From a virus, in IMG/VR virus record IMGVR_UViG_3300045988_000192, positions 1 to 7,037 of that record: DNA of 7,037 nt. One strand, given 5' to 3'. A program made the translations under genes and the position numbers. Each line of letters starts with the position of its first letter. Position 1 is the first letter of the stretch. The notes under the pieces are model-generated. The model had not been told where the DNA came from and ran no database searches. It saw only the letters and a list, made by a program, of their open reading frames with translations. Below, piece after piece: positions 1-4,281 of this stretch.

Positions 1-55
1 TACTGGTTACATTTCTTCTATTCAATCTACCGTTCAAAGCGAAAAACTTGCTGGT
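1..55. repeat. Terminal redundancy of the window. Positions 1-55 are identical to 6983-7037, which marks a circular (or concatemeric) replicon of 6982 nt.
   Basis: Direct reading: tactggttacatttcttctattcaatctaccgttcaaagcgaaaaacttgctggt occurs at both ends. Confidence 0.95.
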
Positions 56-910
56 TTTACTGGTGATTTGTTTGCTACTGGTTCTTTGAAAATTTCTGCC
101 TTGCGTTCTGCCACTGCATTACAGAAGTACAAAGAAGTACAAAATAGCAATGACCCCGATTTTGCTAATCAAGTCTTGGCACATTTTGGTATTAAGCCAA
201 AGGTTGATGCCCGCACATCAATTTTTATTGGTGGTGATGATAAAACTTTAAGCATTAACCCTCAAGTAAATACCAATTTCCTTGATGGTGGTCAGCCAGA
301 TATTAAGGCTATAGGTGTTGGTGATTTATCTGCGGGTTGTAAATTTACAGCTACTACTTATGGTATGATTATCGGTATATATCGTGCCGTTCCGCAGTTG
401 GATTATGCACATGTTGGTATTGATAGAAATTTGTTTAAGACTGATGCAACCGATTTTCCTATCCCTGAATTGGATTCTATCGGTATGCAGACACAATTCA
501 GATGTGAGTTGAGTGCTCCTTTTATTGGTACGTCTGATAAAGTTGTGCCTTTTGATACTTATCGAACTGCTATTAATATGGGTCTTACTTACGGCTATGC
601 ACCTCGTTATGCTGAATTAAAAAGTGCTCGTGATTATTACGAAGGTGGTTTTATTGGTTCTTATTCGTCTTGGGTTACTGGCTATAATAATTCGTTCCTC
701 AGTCGTTGGCGTGCAGATGTTGGAACTGTGTCAGTTTCTTCTTATGTTGGTATTGATGACTTATTTAAGTGTCGTCCGTCTTTACTCTATCCTATCTTTG
801 TAAATCAATGGTCGGGTACTGTTAATGATGATAAGTTGCTTATCGGTAGTGTTAATACATGTGTTGCAGTCCGTCCATTCAGTATGTACGGTTTGCCTTA
901 CTCTAAATAA
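1..910 (+). CDS. Major capsid protein VP1, 3' portion. Codons start at position 2 and the stop is TAA at 908-910. Same gene as 5841..7037.
   Basis: Frame continuity across the 55-nt terminal overlap: ...STNLTQSDTGYISSIQSTVQSEKLAG | FTGDLFATGSLKISALRS.... The track's start at 68 is a TTG artefact. The length and composition fit a jelly-roll capsid protein with large insertion loops. Confidence 0.9.
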   Translation, partial: TGYISSIQSTVQSEKLAGFTGDLFATGSLKISALRSATALQKYKEVQNSNDPDFANQVLAHFGIKPKVDARTSIFIGGDDKTLSINPQVNTNFLDGGQPDIKAIGVGDLSAGCKFTATTYGMIIGIYRAVPQLDYAHVGIDRNLFKTDATDFPIPELDSIGMQTQFRCELSAPFIGTSDKVVPFDTYRTAINMGLTYGYAPRYAELKSARDYYEGGFIGSYSSWVTGYNNSFLSRWRADVGTVSVSSYVGIDDLFKCRPSLLYPIFVNQWSGTVNDDKLLIGSVNTCVAVRPFSMYGLPYSK

Positions 911-927
911 TTTAAAATTGTTTGATT

Positions 928-1377
928 ATGAAAGCTAAAAATAAAGTAGTTTATGTTCCTCCTGTATATGAGGAAGTTCAGCACGAAGTTACGTCTGTTG
1001 ATGATAATAATAATCCTTTACGTACTTCTTTTCATACCGATGTTTCTTTGTTGCAGCGTATAGACAATATGCGTGCTGATGCTCAGACATTGCGAGAAAT
1101 TAAAGAGTCTCTTCAGCCTATGATTGATAACTCTAATTTCCGCTCTCAGTTTGAGGAGACTTTCGGTTCCCTGACTGATGATGAGTTGATTAATTCATGC
1201 CCTAGTCGTTATACGCAAACGGCTAGTGAAAAAATGAGTTATTTGAAAGAACTTGCTGCAAAAGATAAGGAAGCCCGAGAAAAGGCGGCTGCTGCGGCAA
1301 AGGAAAAGGAAGAGAAAGATAGACTTGATAAAGAAAATCAAGAGTTTCAGTCTCGTCTTATGGACATCTTTAAATAA
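928..1377 (+). CDS. Hypothetical 149-aa protein between VP1 and VP2. Acidic middle, K/E-rich predicted coiled-coil C-terminus. Possibly an internal scaffolding (VP3/B-like) or DNA-associated protein.
   Basis: ATG at 928; the track's start at 922 is TTG. The frame is open to TAA 1375-1377. Codon usage is similar to the neighbouring genes. It is tightly packed: 17 nt after the VP1 stop and 8 nt before the VP2 start. C-terminal tail: KDKEAREKAAAAAKEKEEKDRLDKENQEFQSRLMDIFK. Confidence 0.55.
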   Translation: MKAKNKVVYVPPVYEEVQHEVTSVDDNNNPLRTSFHTDVSLLQRIDNMRADAQTLREIKESLQPMIDNSNFRSQFEETFGSLTDDELINSCPSRYTQTASEKMSYLKELAAKDKEAREKAAAAAKEKEEKDRLDKENQEFQSRLMDIFK

Positions 1378-1385
1378 TTTCGCTT

Positions 1386-2843
1386 ATGTTATCTAATATT
1401 ATTATTCGGAGTACTGCCGCTTTTGGCGGTACTCCTTTTCGTTTAAATAAGTGTACTGCTCTCGGTTCTGCTGGTACTGGTGCCGCTGCTGGTGCTGCTG
1501 CTGGTGGTGTTCCTGGTGCTCTTGTAGGTGGTGCTTTAGGTATCGCTAGTTCGTTAGTTGGTGGTTTGTTCGGTAAACACAATACTGATAAAACTAATGC
1601 GATGAACTATAAAATTATGCAAGAGCAGAATAAATTCAATGCTGCAGAAGCCCAAAAACTTAGAGATTGGCAAGAAATGATGTATCGTATGTTTGGCACA
1701 TCTTCAGCTAAAGCCAATGATATGCGTGCCGCAGGTCTTAATGCTCTTCTTGGTGACGTTTCTGCAAGTGGTAATGTCGGTAGTGGTGCTTCTGCTTCTG
1801 CTGCGGAATCCGCTCAGATGATGCCTACTGATTATTCCTTTGTTGGTGACGCTGCTCAGCGTGGTTTGGCTGCTTACAATACTACTCGCTCTGTTGACGC
1901 TTCTGTTTCTCTCCAAAAGTCTCAAGAGAATGTGAATAAGTCTATTGAGGGTGTCAATATGGCTCAGAAAGGTTTTATGGAATCTCAAACCGATATGCAA
2001 AAAATGACTTATAAATTTGCCATGGATACTTACCAGAATAGACTGTTGCAAGAACAATTTAAGGCCGAATTGGCTAATTGGCAAGGATTTGATGCTATGT
2101 ATGATGCACGGTTAAAGGCTTTTAGTCTTTATAACGTCATGCCACAGGAAGTCGAAAAGAATGTTGCTCAAACAATGTCTTTCTATGCATCTGCCTTTCG
2201 TGATATCGCTGACGGTAAATATACGCTCAAGCAAACAGAGAATTATGGCAAGTGGTTATCTATTCAGCAGACTTTTGCACATGCTGCTACTGTTCAAGGT
2301 CAAGCCGCTTTAATGCAAGGTCGTGCAGCTCTTACTAATGCTAGCACAAATGCGAGTTACCTTAAACAGTTAGGCGGATATTATGGCTCTTTGACTTCGG
2401 GACAAAATATGTCAAATGATATGCAACGTTATTATACCGATTTCATGCTCGGTAAAATGCCTATTGGTAAAGCCGAAAATATTCTTCGTCAGACACCTTA
2501 CAAACATTTACTTGATTTGAACATCCAACAAAATGAGTGGTCTTTAAATAAGTTGATGCAAGAGCCCGATTTGATACGTTCCCTTAGTGGTATGTACAAA
2601 TCAGAGACTTCTCTTACTAATAAGCGTGTTGATAGTTATGATACCGATAAAATCTTTGAGCGTGGCGAATCTGTTTCCCGTATGGTTAAAAATATCTCTG
2701 ATGGTATTAGTAACTTTACGCCTAAACCTAGATTTAACAAAGGTTCTTCTTCGGGTGCAAAAACGACACCGCCACCGAGTGGTAAATCTTGGCTCGATGC
2801 TTATCGTGAAAACCCTAATTATAATCCTACAGGTTATATATAA
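1386..2843 (+). CDS. VP2 / H-like minor capsid (DNA pilot) protein, 485 aa.
   Basis: First in-frame ATG after an upstream TAA. The N-terminal Gly/Ala-rich hydrophobic segment (GSAGTGAAAGAAAGGVPGALVGGALGIASSLVGGLFG) is followed by long Q/N/A-rich predicted helical regions. That is the hallmark architecture of microvirus pilot proteins. It sits directly after VP1 and a small ORF, as in gokushovirus- and Alpavirinae-type genomes. Confidence 0.75.
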   Translation: MLSNIIIRSTAAFGGTPFRLNKCTALGSAGTGAAAGAAAGGVPGALVGGALGIASSLVGGLFGKHNTDKTNAMNYKIMQEQNKFNAAEAQKLRDWQEMMYRMFGTSSAKANDMRAAGLNALLGDVSASGNVGSGASASAAESAQMMPTDYSFVGDAAQRGLAAYNTTRSVDASVSLQKSQENVNKSIEGVNMAQKGFMESQTDMQKMTYKFAMDTYQNRLLQEQFKAELANWQGFDAMYDARLKAFSLYNVMPQEVEKNVAQTMSFYASAFRDIADGKYTLKQTENYGKWLSIQQTFAHAATVQGQAALMQGRAALTNASTNASYLKQLGGYYGSLTSGQNMSNDMQRYYTDFMLGKMPIGKAENILRQTPYKHLLDLNIQQNEWSLNKLMQEPDLIRSLSGMYKSETSLTNKRVDSYDTDKIFERGESVSRMVKNISDGISNFTPKPRFNKGSSSGAKTTPPPSGKSWLDAYRENPNYNPTGYI

Positions 2844-2849
2844 TAATTT

Positions 2850-2885
2850 GGGCGCAAAGGTTAAATCCTCTGCGCCCTTTTTATT
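2850..2885 (+). terminator. Rho-independent terminator downstream of VP2.
   Basis: Stem GGGCGCAAAGG (2850-2860), loop TTAAAT, stem CCTCTGCGCCC (2867-2877) with one mismatch in 11 bp, followed by TTTTTATT. It is GC-rich in an otherwise AT-rich genome and lies 7 nt after the VP2 stop. Confidence 0.7.
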
Positions 2886-2946
2886 CTTATGAAATAATAA
2901 AAATTTATATTATACTCTTAATGTATCTGTTTTGTATTTGTGTTCG

Positions 2947-2982
2947 TGCGCATTTTATACGTACGTACACAATTTAATTAAA
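2947..2982. promoter_or_regulatory. Cluster of short perfect palindromes in the AT-rich intergenic DNA: TGCGCA (2947-2952), TACGTACGTA (2958-2967), TTTAATTAAA (2973-2982).
   Basis: Read directly. Three palindromes lie within 36 bp, downstream of the terminator. Candidate protein-binding or promoter-proximal sites; function unknown. Confidence 0.3.
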
Positions 2983-3115
2983 CAGATACCTTATTTTGGT
3001 TTGTCTGCTAGAAAACCTTAGCTTTGCGCGGAAAAGTTATAACATGCTACTAACTACCTTTTTATGAAAATTTTCTTTGAAAATTCCTACTCTCTTGTTT
3101 GAGGTAGGCAAAAGT

Positions 3116-3131
3116 GGGAATACATATTCCC
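3116..3131. promoter_or_regulatory. 16-bp near-perfect palindrome GGGAATAcaTATTCCC. Candidate operator for a dimeric DNA-binding protein.
   Basis: The 7-bp arms GGGAATA / TATTCCC are exact reverse complements separated by 2 nt. An adjacent imperfect palindrome CCTAC(N13)GTAGG lies at 3088-3110. Confidence 0.4.
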
Positions 3132-3157
3132 TAGTTACTGCACTTTTGTTCCTCTTG

Positions 3158-3187
3158 TCTGAGCGCAACATAATAGACGCTATGACA
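3158..3187 (+). repeat. 30-bp direct repeat, copy 1 (tctgagcgcaacataatagacgCtatgaca).
   Basis: 29/30 identical to 3344-3373. A degenerate similarity extends about 10 nt on each side. Confidence 0.85.
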
Positions 3188-3214
3188 ATACTTATGAAAA
3201 ACACTAGCCTTTTG

Positions 3215-3330
3215 GTTCTTTTGGGCAATGCCAAAAGAACACCCTCGGTAGAGCCCGCGGAGCGTAAACGCGCTCGGTTCCGCGCGCTAGGCGGAACTCA
3301 GGTTATAGGGCTGAAAGCCCTAATCGCCAG
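3215..3330 (+). other. GC-rich cluster of four consecutive stem-loops between the two direct repeats. Candidate ssDNA complementary-strand origin (ssi) or small structured RNA.
   Basis: Hairpin 1: gttcttttgg (3215-3224) pairs with ccaaaagaac (3231-3240). Hairpin 2: gagcg-taaacg-cgctc. Hairpin 3: gttccgc-gcgctag-gcggaac. Hairpin 4: tagggc-tgaaa-gcccta. Local GC is about 60% against about 38% genome-wide. No protein-coding potential is convincing here; the only open frame, the 87-aa track ORF 3077..3340, runs straight through the hairpins and repeats. Confidence 0.5.
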
Positions 3331-3343
3331 TTATCGTTAGTTC

Positions 3344-3373
3344 TCTGAGCGCAACATAATAGACGTTATGACA
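3344..3373 (+). repeat. 30-bp direct repeat, copy 2 (tctgagcgcaacataatagacgTtatgaca). It also forms the left arm of a long imperfect palindrome.
   Basis: See copy 1. The period between copies is 186 nt. Confidence 0.85.
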
Positions 3374-3432
3374 TTAGAAAATTCTGCGTAGGCAAATTTT
3401 CCATGTCGTAACGTTTATTATGTTGTGCGTTC
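3347..3432. repeat. 86-nt imperfect palindrome. The left arm 3347-3374 pairs with the right arm 3403-3432, and the spacer itself contains gaaaatt (3377-3383) paired with aattttc (3395-3401). It would fold into a hairpin of about 38 bp with an 11-nt loop on single-stranded DNA.
   Basis: Left arm: gagcgca-acataatagacgttatgacat. Reverse complement of right arm: gaacgcacaacataataaacgttacgacat. There are 3 mismatches and 1 indel over about 30 positions. The right arm is an inverted third copy of the 30-bp repeat. Confidence 0.75.
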
Positions 3433-3574
3433 GGCGAAGCAGAAAAAGGACAATAATTTTGTCGTTTGAATTGCGGCGAAGGCGCTTTTCAAACGTCAAA
3501 ATTATGTTCTTTTTCACATTTTCGTTGGTCGAACACTCAAGCAAGTGAAGCGTGCGAAGCACGAAAAATATGCA

Positions 3575-3598
3575 AAGTCGGGTTACTTTCCCCGACTT
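3575..3598 (+). terminator. Stem-loop aagtcggg-ttactttc-cccgactt followed by a pyrimidine-rich tract. A weak terminator or attenuator candidate about 80 nt upstream of the small membrane protein gene.
   Basis: 8-bp perfect stem and 8-nt loop. The downstream ctccttcctcttg is U/C-rich but not a clean U-run. Confidence 0.3.
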
Positions 3599-3677
3599 CT
3601 CCTTCCTCTTGTAATTATTTTCTTAAATAGTGTTAACAAATTTGGTGCTTTCAAGTTTTTTATTTTATCTTTGCACC

Positions 3678-3896
3678 ATGAAAAAGGATATTATCAAAAT
3701 TATCATCAAAGTTGCATTGTATGCACTTGGTTTGATAGCTGCTTATTTTGGTGTCTCAACCATGACATCATGCAGTACGTCCCACAATGTAGATGCCAGT
3801 GGTCGCACTACTATTGTTACAGTTGATACCACAATTGTTAAACATAACGGCATTGTCCGTTCTAAAAATTTTAAGCCTTATGGTGAAATTGAATAG
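3678..3896 (+). CDS. Small secreted or membrane-anchored protein, 72 aa. It has an N-terminal signal peptide and a possible lipoprotein (SPII) cleavage site MTS|C at Cys32, followed by a Thr/Val-rich 40-aa extracytoplasmic tail.
   Basis: ATG at 3678 is preferred over the track's GTG at 3630. The n-region MKKDIIKIIIK is followed by the hydrophobic core VALYALGLIAAYFGVSTM, then CSTSHNVD. The frame is open to TAG 3894-3896. A TAtcTTTG motif (Bacteroidetes -7-box-like) lies at 3666-3673, but only about 5 nt before the ATG. Confidence 0.55.
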   Translation: MKKDIIKIIIKVALYALGLIAAYFGVSTMTSCSTSHNVDASGRTTIVTVDTTIVKHNGIVRSKNFKPYGEIE

Positions 3897-3909
3897 TCGT
3901 TGTTATATT

Positions 3910-3923
3910 GTCAAGGTCTTGAC
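3910..3923. promoter_or_regulatory. Palindrome GTCAAGgtCTTGAC in the intergenic region upstream of the ORF82-Rep-VP1 gene block. It overlaps a TTGACT hexamer.
   Basis: 6-bp arms are exact reverse complements separated by 2 nt. A -35-like TTGACT at 3918-3923 is followed 18 nt later by tatggt, a poor -10. A promoter call is speculative. Confidence 0.25.
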
Positions 3924-4030
3924 TGTTCAGTATCTTGTTAAGTATGGTCACTTAGATGAGTTTGTTGCTTTGTTTATGCCTAGTGTTGTTCATATCTTGA
4001 ATATGACAACTGCGCCTGTTTCTTGGGTGC

Positions 4031-4279
4031 ATGAATATCAGTGGTACAAACGTGTTTAGTTTTTTGCGTATGACAGCTAAAGATTATTTGACTGCTCTCA
4101 AAGTTATTAGAGAGATTCAGCGGAAGCAGGCATATTGTAGTGGTCAATCTAAACCCTATCTTGCTGAAACGTTGAAAGAGATTGAAATGTATTGTCCCTT
4201 GGATTTTTCCAAAAGTGGCGGTCGTGTTACTGAAAAGGTTATTTTAAGTTGTTATAACGGTAATTTATTTAGTACATAA
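4031..4279 (+). CDS. Small hypothetical protein, 82 aa (or 69 aa from the alternative ATG at 4070), immediately upstream of rep.
   Basis: Open frame ending at TAA 4277-4279, only 2 nt before the rep ATG (taaTTatg), which suggests translational coupling. Predicted helical, with mixed charge and four Cys. Same strand and similar codon usage as rep. Confidence 0.45.
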   Translation: MNISGTNVFSFLRMTAKDYLTALKVIREIQRKQAYCSGQSKPYLAETLKEIEMYCPLDFSKSGGRVTEKVILSCYNGNLFST

Positions 4280-4281
4280 TT

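Noticed and set aside
68-910. Track ORF 68..910 (280 aa) as an independent gene.
   Set aside because: Its 'start' is a TTG translated as M. The frame is open upstream to the window start and is in register, through the 55-nt overlap, with the VP1 frame that begins at ATG 5841. It is the C-terminal half of VP1.
1370-1582. Minus-strand Pro/Ala-rich ORF (70 aa).
   Set aside because: It is the antisense of the Gly/Ala-rich GGT/GCT codon run at the VP2 N-terminus. This is a compositional artefact, on the opposite strand to all credible genes.
1704-2084. Minus-strand ORF (126 aa) inside VP2.
   Set aside because: Antisense to a well-supported gene. It has a low-complexity Ser/Leu/Ile composition typical of the reverse frame. 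Microviridae genes are unidirectional.
3243-3330. tRNA or tmRNA gene in the GC-rich hairpin block.
   Set aside because: No cloverleaf can be drawn, and no GTTCRANYC T-loop or conserved D-loop elements are present. The hairpins are serial rather than nested around an acceptor stem.
3158-3432. CRISPR array.
   Set aside because: Only two direct copies plus one inverted copy. The 156-nt 'spacer' is highly structured and GC-rich. There are no cas genes and the repeat lacks typical CRISPR periodicity.
3037-3562. Short ORFs 3037..3234(-), 3077..3340(+), 3374..3562(-) and 3545..3826(+) in the intergenic region.
   Set aside because: They run straight through the direct repeats, palindromes and GC-rich hairpins and start with GTG/TTG. 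The region is better explained as structured non-coding DNA.
3793-4059. ORF 3793..4059 (88 aa) overlapping the small membrane-protein gene.
   Set aside because: The alternative frame overlaps the better-supported signal-peptide ORF for most of its length. The non-overlapping remainder (about 50 codons, no ATG until near the end) is not convincing.
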